Below are positions 28,557-41,130 of a stretch of 64,000 nucleotides of DNA, in pieces. Location of the stretch: IMG/VR virus record IMGVR_UViG_3300031992_000070, positions 1 to 64,000 of that record. One strand, given 5' to 3'. The DNA comes from a virus (lineage: Duplodnaviria; Caudoviricetes). Positions within the stretch are counted from its first letter, which is position 1. Every line of letters starts with the position of its first letter. The notes beneath the pieces are model-generated. The model searched no databases and was not told where the DNA came from. It saw only the letters and a list, made by a program, of their open reading frames with translations. A program made the translations under genes and the position numbers.

Positions 28557-29471
28557 TTATTTAAATTTATATACCTTGTTGAATTTTCTCTTTTTTGCCA
28601 TTTTGTAGTAGTTGATAATGTCGCATCCGCTTTTGAAACCCATAAGCCACTGTGTGCGTGCATACATAACCCATCTTCCGTCATCAAGGGTTCTCAACGC
28701 AAAGTTGTACAACTCCATGCTTTTCCATCTTGCGCAGTCCTCCATAAGATGCTGTGCAAATACAGAGAAGTCTTTCTGTATGCTTTTGTCTGTATTATCC
28801 CAGAATACAGGAGTATAGTGTCTGTCGAAAAAATCCTTCCCGTGTTCATCAATCATAAAATCATATACCCTGCGTATATCGTTCATTCGCTTGAAAGTCC
28901 AAGCAACAACTTCGTCGTGCAGCCAGTAGAACTCATCCAACACATTAGATGTGTCATCAATATTCCTTTGTACGGGACGAACATCTATATAGCTTGAGCC
29001 TCCGTATATAGTCGTGCTGTAGTCAACGGTAGCAGCTATAAGGTCTGGTCTTCCTCTTTCATACAATGTCCTGTAGAACGTAGGATAGTCGCATCCTTTA
29101 CTGCGGAATGCACCGATACCGACACTACGACCTACTTTTGTATTGAACCTGAATCTCTTCATTACACATAACAGTTATCTGTTGTCAATCTTTTCGTGCG
29201 TAGTGTTAATGCGGCCTTTGTCAAGCAGATAGTGCATGATGTCTTTCAGATTCTTGTCGCGGTCTTTCTTTGCGCCAGACCACATTGCAACTACCTTGCT
29301 TTGCAGTTCAAGGTATGCCTCTGACTGACCTTTTCGCAGCATATTCAAGTATTCCACATACACCTTTGTTATGTCTTCGTAAGACACTTTCTCACTAATC
29401 ATCAAATCAAGAATGATTGCCGCAATAAATTCCTTTGGCAGCGACTTTAATGCTTTTATTATTTCTTCCAT
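28557..29471 (-). CDS. Two hypothetical ORFs (28557-29162, 29175-29471)
   Basis: Codirectional ORFs. Confidence 0.6.
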
Positions 29472-29689
29472 AATATTTATTATTAAAATTCAATATCGCA
29501 TCTACTAATAGGCTCGTCATCGCCACCAATCCTTGTAATGTAAATATTTCTTATTGTTGCACCAAACTCTTGTTCAAGCTCGTTTGCAAGTTGTATAAAC
29601 TGTTGTTTATAATCTTTAATTGTTCTCATACTCTTGTTGTTTGTTTAATTAATTATTATTGTACTTGTAAATTAAAGCAGTGTTTTGAT

Positions 29690-30138
29690 TCTGATTCCTG
29701 ATTAAGCACAATACTCCCAAAGTGCTGTTTAGACACTCTGGTAATTGTGCTATTGACTTGTCCGTCATCGTCATCCGTCAATCACACACAATGTCGGTTT
29801 AAGCGAACATTGATACTTGTCACATCCGTTCTTAACAACGTCGCACAAGCGGACAAGACACTCGTTAAAGCGTACCCTCACTTACTGGCTTTGTGCTTTC
29901 CCTCTTGCCAGTTTTATTTCCTTGGAATCGAGGTGTGACAACTGATACAATTACTCTTTCAGCATTTACGGACGTTCAAATCCCAAGTAAGTGAAACAGA
30001 GAAAGCCAACACATATAATGAACAATCCCTATCAAGTGATGGTGGCACTCAATAGGGATAAATCCTTTATAGTGTTGGCTATAAGCCTATTCTATCGTAT
30101 TATGTCCGCTACAACAAGTCCACCATCCTTGTTTTCAC
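29690..30138 (-). ncRNA. Large (~450 nt) multi-helix ncRNA candidate
   Basis: Promoter TATCTTTG at 30143-30150; no credible ORF; about 10 helices including long-range and crossing pairs. Confidence 0.65.
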
Positions 30139-30254
30139 GTTGCAAAGATACAAAGTATGTTTTAATATTGCAAGTTTTGGAAACATAAATTAAGATATTT
30201 AACTTTTATTTGCCAAAATGCAAGCCAGCGGCGGGCGGTGTTGAGAGTGAACGG

Positions 30255-33200
30255 CTATTCTTCTTCGTTATAATCGTCATCATCATCAAGTCGCCTATCA
30301 CAAATACAAATACCATTACATAATTGAATGTGCAGACCTTGGTCACACCAACGGCAACCGTCTTCGTTTCTAAAATGAATACACTGTTTCATAATCAATC
30401 CTTCTTGTTTTTAATTAAACCGTTAATCCACTTTTTCATATTATCAAGAATATAGTCACCGCACTCCATAATTTGACCACAGGGGAACGCTTTCGTATAA
30501 TTCCACTTACTATCTCCCATTGCTTCAAACACCATATCATTTGTTGGTGTATTGATTGTGACAGCATCAAACACAACAACACAAAGGTCATCCGAGTTTC
30601 TGTGCTCATAAACGCAATAGTTGCGCTGCTCACCATTGTACTGAACACTAAAGATGTAACCCTGTTCACGGCAATTCTCGTAGCGACCTACTTCAACCCT
30701 TGCGTCGTATTCGCGAAATTCCTTATTCCAAGTCTTATCAATGGCATTGTTCTTTGTAACCCGCAGATATGCAAGTACGCTTTGTGCCTGCCAGTTTGCA
30801 CCGTCTTCCATGTAACAATTAATATTCGTCATAGCAATTATCTTTATTTATATAACTCATTTGCCCTGTCAACTATTTTCTGACGACACTTCTTGTCAAG
30901 GTCGCCAAACCAAGACATCGTTTGGTCGTGCGAATACTCAACTTTACCTGTCCATTTATTAAAGATATGGTCGCCAAGCATCTCACCAAACAGATACCGT
31001 GCCTCATTAAGACACCACCGATTGTACATATAGTACATGAAATTCTCAACCTCGCTATTCATCTTCTTTTTCCAGTTTATACCATTCAACATCAGGATTA
31101 TCTAATCCCCAAAACTTTTTCAGATATTTTCTCGTTTCATACTCACGGATACGTTTGTCTACAATATGACCAAACATATCGCCAGTACAAGAATAGGTCG
31201 TGGTAATGATGTGCTCGTTGCCACGTTCCTTAATTGTCGCTTTCCAAATTTCCATATTTATATTTGTTTTAAGCCGTTAAAATTGTGGCGGCTTGTAACT
31301 ATCAAGCAAACCACACAAAATGCGCCTAGAAAGCCTTAAAGTGTGCTTAAATCAATTATATGGGTTTCCACGTAAGTAAGCTTACCCTCATAACCGCGAC
31401 GCTTTAGTTCTTCCATCAGTTCACGCGGTGTGAAATCCTTTAGTCGCGTCATCTTTACATTATTGATTGCTTTGTTACGACCATTTGCAACTTTTTCTGC
31501 CATACAAGACTTACAGAAATCGGTTACTTTTCTTTCGCCCTTCATACCCCTAATACCTCTAACGGCAAACTCGGTAATCGGCAATTCTTTGCCACAACAT
31601 TTACAAACTTTTGTTTCCATAATTTAAATGTCATTTAAGTTAATATCAATACAATCCGTACTTATGTACTTTGAGAATTTTAACCCAGTAAAAGGGTCGG
31701 TGGCAGATAGCCAAGAAAGCACCAGCTTTTCAAGACCATCTTCGTCGGATAAATCCGCATTGGCCTTTATTTCTTCAATGAATCTTGCCAACGCAATAAC
31801 AACACCATTAAGACAAGACAAAGTATGTTCCATAGGAATGCCATCAAGACTTTCAAGCATCGAACTTGATACACTTAATGCAATCTCTTTGTCAATGTCC
31901 TTACTATTAATCGTTCTTTTCATAGTCAATCATTTTTTAATGTTTCAAGATAATCTTTCGGCAGATAATACTGCGCAACACGCTTGCGAGGTGACACCTG
32001 AATCTTCTCTGTAATGATAGGCAAGTCCTCTTCACGCAACTTAAAGATGATAGCCGACAGTCTTAACGAGCCAAACTTATTCAACGCCTCAAGCGGTGTG
32101 ATTGTGTTGCCATTCAACAGCCATGCACGCACGTTAGCTTTCTGTGTACCAAATTCATCGTTCCATTCGTAATCTTTCATAATCCCAAAATTTTAATTGT
32201 TATACTTTAATTTCTTAATCTTAGACAGGCGACCACCAAGTTTTACCTTTCGGTTTCTGTTGTCAATCCATCTGATGTCACACATAAATGCGTATGTACC
32301 ATCTTCAAGCAGATACTTGTCAAGCACACCTTTGTGGGAAATCTGCTTGTAGAACTGTAGACCGCTTTTAGAATCTTCAAGATTGGCAAAGTATTCCTTT
32401 ATGCTATATCCGTACATATCCTCACCTTCTTCTTCGTCTATTGACAACAGCTTTCCCCTGAACTCATACTTTACATCTTTCTCGATACCATTGTCTGCAA
32501 GTGTCTTGTCCCACTCTGGTCTTGTCAAAGACTCCTTGTATGACTTGAGCGCAAAGAAAGCAACGTAGCATTCGCCAATACCGATGTATTCATTTTCGAT
32601 TGCATCCTTAATCTTGGCTGTCAGGTCTTTCTCGCCATCCCAGTTAAGACCACCTTCCTTGTCTTCATAGAACTTGCAGATATTCTTGTAGAGTTCATCA
32701 TCGGTATCTCCTGTGAAATCCGAAAAATACTGAGACAGATAGTCAAATGTTCCTAACTTAACCTTGTCACCTCTATCCCATTCTGCCTTAACCCATCCAT
32801 CTCCGTTCTCTTTAATAAACGAGTCACACACAGCAATTGCGTAGTCAAATCTAACAGCCTTGCTCAAGTAGTGGTCGGCTGGTCTCCAAGAACCACCTTC
32901 CCAACCATATTCATCACAGCCACCAAGATATACCGTGAAACACTCAAACAACTTTACCGTAATGTCTTTAAGGTACTTACCTTGTGCAACAAGTTTGTCT
33001 ATACAGGATGAACCGACCTGTTTCCATTCACCAGTTACCTTGTTTTTGACAACAAATGACTTCACTCTTCGTGTATGGGTTCCACCGCAATAGTCGCACT
33101 TTGTGTATTCCAAGCCGAACTTGGATGGCATTTCCTTGAATAGTTTTTGGTCAACCATCGTAACAATACCATCGTTGTAATATACTGCTGCGACAAGCGA

Positions 33201-33434
33201 CCAGTCGCCAGCACACATGTCGCCAATTGTTACCTTGATTGCATCGAACTTTTGTCTGTATCTTTCATAACCATTTTCGTCAGCCATACCACCCTGATAA
33301 ACAACGGTGGTAGTCTTGACAACTTTCTCAACCTCGCCGTACTCGACGGTTGGCTTGTTGTCCCAATGCTTGAACATCAACTCAAGTTTTCTTTCACATT
33401 TCTGACGCTGGTCAGGCATAATATAAAACTCCAT
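30255..33434 (-). CDS. Early-region ORFs (30255-30392, 30395-30832, 30844-31092, 31055-31255, 31336-31620, 31624-31929, 31926-32180 HTH, 32193-33434 Zn-finger-containing 413 aa)
   Basis: 31926 ORF has ITPLEALNKFGSLRLSAIIFKLR HTH pattern; 32193 ORF has CDYCG..VGSSC. Confidence 0.6.
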
Positions 33435-33446
33435 AATCTCTTTGTT

Positions 33447-34761
33447 TTAAGTTGTTTCTCTTTTCTTCATATATCTCGTAGATAACTCGTATTCGTCAGC
33501 AAGATAACCCATCTCATCATCTTTATGTTCCGCTTTCCATAAATTAAGTGCATTGATGTAGTCATCTTTGTAGGGGGTATTGGTATAGTCAATCTCAGTA
33601 TATGCAACCTCATCAGGGGTTTCGTGATAATATATGGCATACCACTTAGTATCTGGCATCATCTTGTTAAGAAAGTCCACAAAAGGCTTAACTTCTTTCA
33701 TAGCTTTTTCTTCCTCGTTTTTTCTTTTGAGTTGACGCATTTCTTTTACCCAAGCCTCTTTGACATAATAAGGGACTTCCACTCCATTATCTTCAAATGC
33801 TTTTGTTGCCCGTGCAATCCATTCTTCTTTCTCACGCATTGCAGCATACATAGGGTCATCAGCCCGCATCTGCATTTCCTCACACCAAAACTCATATTCC
33901 TCCTGTGCATCCATTACGTTTTCAACGTACATTGGCTCACCTGCTTCGTTTCTTACTAAATGCTGATACATAATACTTAATGTTTAATTGTTAATACTTA
34001 CTATGTTCTTCTTCCCATTTAACTGCATCCTCAAATGTGGCAAACCACATTAAGATGTCAAAATCCGAACGATGGTATCCGTCTTGACCATTGTAGCCAC
34101 GAAGATAACCATCGGCATCAAAGTCATCTACACAGAAGATGTTGTACACACCATCATCTTCCTCAACTATAAAATACCGCATTTCCTTTTTCATATTACC
34201 AAATTTTAATAGGTTTCCTGTCTTTCGTTCCTTTCGTAGCGAGATTCCTAACGGCATTGCCAAAGGACTTGTAATAACCATAAATCCACATTTCGTCTTC
34301 ATCTTTGCCTTTGAACTGTTCGTTCAATTCCCACACATCACCATCGTACAACTGAATGTTGGCATAGTGCGTCCACATTGTTTCATCACCATGCCGACCA
34401 CCACCAGTATATTCAACCCTGTCAATCGTGACAAGTTCAACCTCACCACGTTCGTTTATCAAAGGTATTGCGCCCCAAGTCTTTTCGGGAAAATACTTTT
34501 GAAGAACGGCATCCATAACTACTGGCATCCGTTCAGCCTCACTTGCACTCCAATAGACCATAATCTTTACTTTTTTATCAATGAATAATCTCCATGATTC
34601 TGCATACGGATAACAACCTTTTCAAGCAGTACCGTAGCCTCGTATAATAACGTCTTTTCTTTTTCTGACAACAACTTGTATTCCTTGTTGTCAAATACAC
34701 CGCAGTAGTCATCAAGAATCTCTACCGCAACATTCAGTCTTTTTGCATCAATCGTAGCCAT
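33447..34761 (-). CDS. Early-region hypothetical ORFs (33447-33971, 33991-34194, 34196-34561, 34567-34761)
   Basis: Codirectional, tightly packed. Confidence 0.55.
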
Positions 34762-34935
34762 AGTTCTTTTTTTTGTTTAAGTTAATAAATAGCGAGCAAC
34801 CATTCAGCCGCCCGCGTGCAGATAGTGAACATTACTTTCTGAACCCGCGACCGCCAAGACCAATGAAGATGTCTGGACGGATAATAAGTGTGATAATAAT
34901 CAATAATGTAATCATTTCTTTTGTTTATTTTTTAA

Positions 34936-35730
34936 TTAATCTACTCCATACGAACGCTTGAATGACTGCATATAACTACGCACTCTCTGTGCATTATCAT
35001 TGCTTGGAAGTCTGAAATTCCACCTGACAAACAGCGTATTATCAAACTCCTTGTAGTCAGCCATTAGGCTTAATATGTTTGACCTGTTAGGCTCTTTACA
35101 GTTTATGTGTTCCCAATCCCAATCCGACGGGTCGCCATCAGTGTAGTCTGGAAATACCTTTGACAATACTTTTGCAAATACCGTAATGTCACGACATTCC
35201 TGATGTCGCTTTCTTTTCATTTCTCCTTTTTTCATCTGTTCTTCTTCTTTTTGTTTTTTAGATTTCCTGTTAAAACTTTCTCTCCATTTCTTACAAGCAC
35301 CGCCAGTCGCCTCGCCACGTTCCTTCTTTGCAGCAAGAGCTTGTTTAGTTCTCGTTGATACCATTTCCCGCTCGTATTGCGCAACGGCGGCAAATACACC
35401 GAGTATCATTGAATTGACAACAGGCATATCCGTAAAGTGAATGTCTATACCTGTGTTTATTACCTTGAAAGTAAACTCCACATCCCTGCTCATTCTGTCC
35501 AACTTCGCAATAACTAAACTACAATCATTCTTCTTGCAGTAGTCAATCGCTTGCCACAGACCCTTTCTGTCACGATGTGTTCCACTTTCTACATCAATAA
35601 ATTCTTGGACATGGCAACCGTTGTTCTGTTTAATAAAGTTCTCGCACATATTCCTCTGTGCAGAGATACCAAGTCCTTGCGCGCCTTGACGCTGTGTCGA
35701 GACACGAAGATAGGTTACATATTGTTTCAT
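34936..35730 (-). CDS. Serine recombinase (resolvase family)
   Basis: YLRVSTQRQG (catalytic Ser), KLDRMSR, AQYEREMVSTRTKQALAA. Confidence 0.9.
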   Translation of the reverse strand: MKQYVTYLRVSTQRQGAQGLGISAQRNMCENFIKQNNGCHVQEFIDVESGTHRDRKGLWQAIDYCKKNDCSLVIAKLDRMSRDVEFTFKVINTGIDIHFTDMPVVNSMILGVFAAVAQYEREMVSTRTKQALAAKKERGEATGGACKKWRESFNRKSKKQKEEEQMKKGEMKRKRHQECRDITVFAKVLSKVFPDYTDGDPSDWDWEHINCKEPNRSNILSLMADYKEFDNTLFVRWNFRLPSNDNAQRVRSYMQSFKRSYGVD

Positions 35731-35733
35731 TGT

Positions 35734-36324
35734 TTATTTATTTAAATCATCAACGTATTTCCATTTATATCCACCAGCGGTTTTTCTTATACCCACACAC
35801 GATGCATATATTCCACTCATCTGTATTCCAAGACTTTTACTTGCTTGCTTGACACTACTCCATTTCTTAACTTCAATATCTTCTGGTGTAAATTGAGCCA
35901 CCCATAAAGAATGTTCGCTATGAAACTTTCGTATGCTTTCAACCCTCTTTTTGTTAGCATCAATATATTTAGACCTTGCAATAGGGAAATTTGTGTTTTC
36001 TCTTTGTGTACACCACCTCAAATTAGTTGCACGATTATCTGTCCGAATGCCATTTATATGGTCTATAAAATCCTTACCATCTACTTTTTCTAAAAATGCT
36101 TTTGCAACAAGCCGATGTACAGTAAAAGCCTTTCTCTTTTTTTTATACCACAACGATACTACTTTATAACCAGTGTTTAATAACTCTTGTGATATAATTT
36201 TTCCTTTCACTTTTTGTGGTGTTGAAGAACGCAAAATAGTTCTATCAACCGATTTTACTCTTCCAAGGTTGCTCACTTGATAAAGCCCTTCGTAGCCAAC
36301 TACGTCTTTCCATATCTCTTCCAT
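35734..36324 (-). CDS. NUMOD4-HNH-NUMOD1 homing endonuclease (paralog of 8694-9305)
   Basis: MEEIWKDVVGYEGLYQVSNLGRVKS; VHRLVA..IDHING..DNRATNLRW. Confidence 0.85.
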   Translation of the reverse strand: MEEIWKDVVGYEGLYQVSNLGRVKSVDRTILRSSTPQKVKGKIISQELLNTGYKVVSLWYKKKRKAFTVHRLVAKAFLEKVDGKDFIDHINGIRTDNRATNLRWCTQRENTNFPIARSKYIDANKKRVESIRKFHSEHSLWVAQFTPEDIEVKKWSSVKQASKSLGIQMSGIYASCVGIRKTAGGYKWKYVDDLNK

Positions 36325-36484
36325 AAGTATAAAACAAAAGGTAACTTTCAAAATGCGGTCTCCTACCTCCGCAGATTTACTCGTTACCATTGTTAAGTTC
36401 GTTGATGCTTAGTAGGAGTTAAGCGTCATATACATATGCAAAGATACAAAGAATATTTGGAATACGCAAATATATTAACTTAGA

Positions 36485-39400
36485 TTAACGCGCAGGTATG
36501 TTGCATACTCTTTCCTCCTCTATCGTAAATGTTCTCGACACTGTTACATACTGTCTATTAAGACATTCCTTTGCCTCACGCTTTGTGTTGAACCGACCAA
36601 CACAATAAGAACGGCTACCGCTGCGGTAATCGCAATGCGCCATAACCCTGTAAATCTTCTTTGCCATATAACTATAATTTATCAAAACACTTTCTTAATA
36701 TATTCCTCTGCCGCTTCCATATTCTTTCGGTTGCCAGCAAGTCTTGAAGCATCACTCCACACATAATTAACAGGCTTGTATTTTGGAATGTCGTAACAAC
36801 AAGCAATCTTACCTAAGTCACCATTACATGTGTATCTGTATATGTTCAAATAGGAATAACAGTTGTCGTTCTCAGCAACAATCTTATATTTTTCACCGCC
36901 AATAAGAACAACAGTCTCTGATGAATAACTTGGAGACTCGTTCCTTACTTTAATTTCAATTTCCTTTTTCATTTACTTTTTATTGTTTAAAGATTAATAC
37001 TTATTTACTTATTAAATTCTTTCATAGAGAAAAACTTCGCTACACATCATATCTCTGTATGTCATCCGATATTTGTCTGTACAGAATATTTCATCGTCAG
37101 TGTCATCTTCGCCGTCAATCGTGTAACCGTCTTTGACAGAACAGCGATTTATCATATACTCTATTACATTTTCATTTTCGCCAAACTCAATCAGTTTCTG
37201 TAACGTTTTCCACTTTCTTTGCTTGAACTCGTCAAGTGTGGCTACCAATTTATACTCCATAATTAATAAACTTTGGTTTTGAAATAAGATATGTGAAAAG
37301 TTTTCTTTGTTTCTCCATCATTCCAATAGTCATCAACGATAGCATAGTGCATACCATCCTCAAAGAACTCGTCAACCTCAGACCATACAACATACGAATG
37401 TCTGTCGTTCTCGTCTGGCTTGTGAGTCTTGTAATAATTGAGGTGCTGTAAATAATTCTTTCGTGCATCACCTTCGTTCTTGTAAACATTAACACTGCTG
37501 GAGTTGTACCTGACAACCCAGACATAATCACCTTTCTGCACCATAGTTATTTTGTTTTATTAAGTTCTTTTACTAACGCATCTGCATACTCAACCGATGT
37601 CTTTGCAACATCTTCTGCATTACCAAAATACGATTTCCCTGATAGTAGTGCCTGTCCAAACATAATTGCTGCAAGAGTTCTTGTGTCTAAGTTTTTAGAA
37701 ATGTCGTTAAGCAAACTTGGAACACGACCCATGTACTGCATTTCAATTTGAGTCATAATATTCTATATTAATTAATTATATTTATTTAATTATTTTTATT
37801 ATGCGCGTGCGCAATAAAGTATCACCCACAGATTCTATAATCATGGACTAATCTGTCTTCGCTATTGTAGTAGAGAATCAAACGATTGCCGTTATCATCC
37901 TCATCAAAGCACCGCTTCATAATGTAGCTGCCATCATCACAGCCATCATCAATACAGTCATCGTACACATGTGGATTGCCAAGCGCATCTTCCGCCTTGT
38001 CAATATCTATGTCCATGCAGTTTTCGTAGATAAAATCTTCGTCGTATAACATAATTCCTATAAATTTAAGTAAGACATAATTTTAATATTGCTAATCCAA
38101 TATGATTTCCAAATAGAGGGAAATAACACACCGCTTACATAAAGCATAAGGTCGTAGCACAAACCAGCAAGCGACCACCAACCGCCGCTGCAGGTAAGTA
38201 CGACGGCTACAAACAGAGCCACCGTACAAACCAGATAATTAACAACGTTTTTCATATCAGTCAACGTATTGATAATAATAATCCATTGCCTTGTCGTGCT
38301 GCTTGTTGTCGCTGTCGAACCAATCGAAATACAAAGCCTGTACCATATAGAAAAGTTCGCTGTACATCTTGCCGTATTCGTTGTTGCCGCGAGCAGCATG
38401 TTCCCAAGACTTGAGGTTTATCACAAGTAGAATTTCAGCAAACCATTCAACATCATCACGCCAGTTGTCAAGCGCATTTTTCAATGTGTCAGCAATGGCA
38501 GACATACCCTCGACAGGTACACACCACTCAGCAATACTAAAGTCGCTGGTGTACGTGGTCTGACGTTTATAATCCTCCCGCAGATTCATCTCAAAGTTAC
38601 GCTCACACCATGCCCCGTATGTGAATGGGTCGCGGATATTGCGCTGAATTAACTCGCCGCCAATAGCGTCATACTTGTGCGCTTTTACAAAGTCGCACAT
38701 CTCCTCAACTCTCTGTTTGTAATCACTCTGTGTCATAATTAATCCTCCGTTTTAAATATGTCTAATTTCCAAAAAATCTCTTCCTCATCATCAAAGTTCT
38801 CATAGAACCAATCGTCTGACAAATTGTTGTCTGTTTCAAAATCATCTGCCAAATCTCTGATTCTGTCTACGATGGTGTTATTGGCCATACCAAGGTGACA
38901 TCTGGATTTGCCCATAACATCTAAAGCCTTTTCAACTTCGTAGTATGGTATATCCCAATTCTCGTTGCAATACTTGATAAAGTCTTCCTTTTCCATAAGT
39001 TATTTATTCTCGTTAATCTTGTTGTTTATCCAACACAATGCGGTGTTGATGCCGTACAGATACTCCATAAACTCCTTGGTTGACTTTCTTTCGTCAAAAC
39101 CAAAGTAAGAGCGAGTGCAACCACCGCTCGGCAATTTCTCATACATTGACCAGCCGCCATAGTGCGGGATGTAGTCGCATACAAAATTTCTCCCTGTTAG
39201 TTCGTTGAGGAACTTAACCCTATCCTCAACCTGTTTCTTTGTGTACCTCATAACTTTAATTTAATTAATGATTAATACTATTTCTTTCGCATTTCACGCA
39301 CCCATTTGCGAGTCTCTTTCAAGAGATTATCCCAGTCAACTGCTGTGTGATTGATAGCGCGATGGTGTACCGACTGGTCGTTTCTTTTTTCTTGATAGAC

Positions 39401-40117
39401 CATGCGAATATCCCAATCAGGTTCGTCAAGGTTATACAACTCAATCGGAGTAATGTCATTGAGTTTCTCGTCAAGAACCGAATAACAATGCAACTCCCAA
39501 TCGCAATCTACCGCTGCGTCAAAGTTATACCCACAGCACTGATAATGAATATTTACAATTCTACTCATAATTTAATCTCCTATGTTTTATTTATATCAAA
39601 TTCTTATTAAGTTTAAAATTTCCCAGTCTTTATTATATGTTTTTATGATGGCTTTAAGAAAGTCCATGTAATTTGTTTTGCGCCTCTTGTAGAAGAACCA
39701 TCCCGTCATATCAAAGCCAAGTTCCGTCATTTTCAGAATATATTCGTCTTTGTTGTGGTCGATATATTTCCATTCAACTTTCTCAACGACTTCTATTTCG
39801 TGGGTTTGTCCGACAAACGTGTGTATAAATCTGTTATCTTCTTTAATCAGATTTACATCGTCAATAACCCATAGTTTTCTCCTCGCCGTAGAAACAACCT
39901 CGCCTACAACTGGTAATTTTGTCGAATCAAATTCACGGACACGTTCGTTTCCTGTGGCTTGATACCTTACGACACGTTCAGTACCAGCCTCATAAAAAAG
40001 GTCTTCATATTCCAACTCAACTGATTCAATTACCTGACCGTTCTCTGCATTTACAAATGTAATAAACGGACATCCGCATTCCTGTGGAGCATTGTAAATT
40101 GCAATAATCTTTTTCAT
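36485..40117 (-). CDS. Array of 12 small early ORFs (36485-36685 through 39596-40117)
   Basis: 65-175 aa codirectional ORFs with AT-rich spacers, typical of a host-takeover region. Confidence 0.6.
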
Positions 40118-40242
40118 AATCTTATTTTTTAATTAATACTAAATTCTGTTTATTGTTCGTGTCTTTTGAAAAACGTCCCTCGGCAGTCACGTCACGACCA
40201 CCAAGGGACATACAAGTATTAATCAAAAAACACGCAAAATAG

Positions 40243-40296
40243 TGGGTGCAGCGGTCTCACTCCGCTTTGTCCGACTCGCTAGGTCGGTCAGCACCC
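40243..40296 (-). ncRNA. D-armless tRNA-like element with CU-AGC-GA loop
   Basis: GGGTGC/GCACCC-A, CCGAC-CTAGCGA-GTCGG, AGCGG-AGTGAGA-CCGCT. Confidence 0.45.
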
Positions 40297-40319
40297 CGTG
40301 GCCGTGTTGACAGTGAACA

Positions 40320-41123
40320 CTATGCCGCACCAGCCTCAATGTACGAGTTGATTGTTGTTGCCAAACTATCAATGCTCGTTCCGTACCGAACAATATCCGA
40401 TGTGCTCAACAATACACCCTTGATTCCAAATGTGTTCCTGATTTCCGTGCCAGACATAACCGAGCCATTATTTCTGAAATATTTGTCGCTTGCTCCGTGA
40501 TGCCAGCGAAGAAAACACATACGACAGAATGCGCGGTTCGTAAGCGGAAATGCAATGTTCAGCAAGTTGAGCGGTGCGCGGCTATCCTTAATCTTAACAA
40601 AGAGTGCTGCGTAATTGTTGTTGCGCTCACAACCGCACATCGCGTATAGGTTACAACGAACGCCCGCACGCTCCGTTGCTGCAATCACATTCGCAATCTT
40701 TGCAGCAGCCTCGGCTAACTTATCAAGGTCTATACCATCCCAAATAGACGTATCGACATACACGTCGATGACTGGTTTCTTTGGATATTTCCTGTCAATT
40801 TTCAGCATAGTCTTTGGCACACCCCGCAAGAAATTTGGCACGCAAGGCACACAACCGACAACCGCACTTTCGAGGTTGGGTGCGCCCGTTCCACGTTTCT
40901 TTGCAATTATATTTCCCTCTGCCTTAATCTTTGCAGCCGCTTCCGCATCGCCATTTTCCAAAAAGTTTATTGACTCTGGAAGTGTCGCGCCACACCAAGA
41001 TTTCTGACGCGACTCACTCCACTCTGATACACACTCCGATGTGCCTTTCCAGCATGCCCTCGGCTCTTTGTCGAGGGCTGCTGTAAATTCGGCTACTGAA
41101 TTAAATCTTCCTATCGTTTCCAT
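40320..41123 (-). CDS. vWA-like partner of a MoxR/CbbQ-type ATPase
   Basis: VIDVYVDTS..L..AAAKIA..GVRCNLYA; directly downstream of the AAA+ gene. Confidence 0.6.
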   Translation of the reverse strand: METIGRFNSVAEFTAALDKEPRACWKGTSECVSEWSESRQKSWCGATLPESINFLENGDAEAAAKIKAEGNIIAKKRGTGAPNLESAVVGCVPCVPNFLRGVPKTMLKIDRKYPKKPVIDVYVDTSIWDGIDLDKLAEAAAKIANVIAATERAGVRCNLYAMCGCERNNNYAALFVKIKDSRAPLNLLNIAFPLTNRAFCRMCFLRWHHGASDKYFRNNGSVMSGTEIRNTFGIKGVLLSTSDIVRYGTSIDSLATTINSYIEAGAA

Positions 41124-41130
41124 AACTCAA

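Noticed and set aside
34936-35730. IS607-type transposon
   Set aside because: No N-terminal HTH on the recombinase, no adjacent TnpB and no element ends seen.
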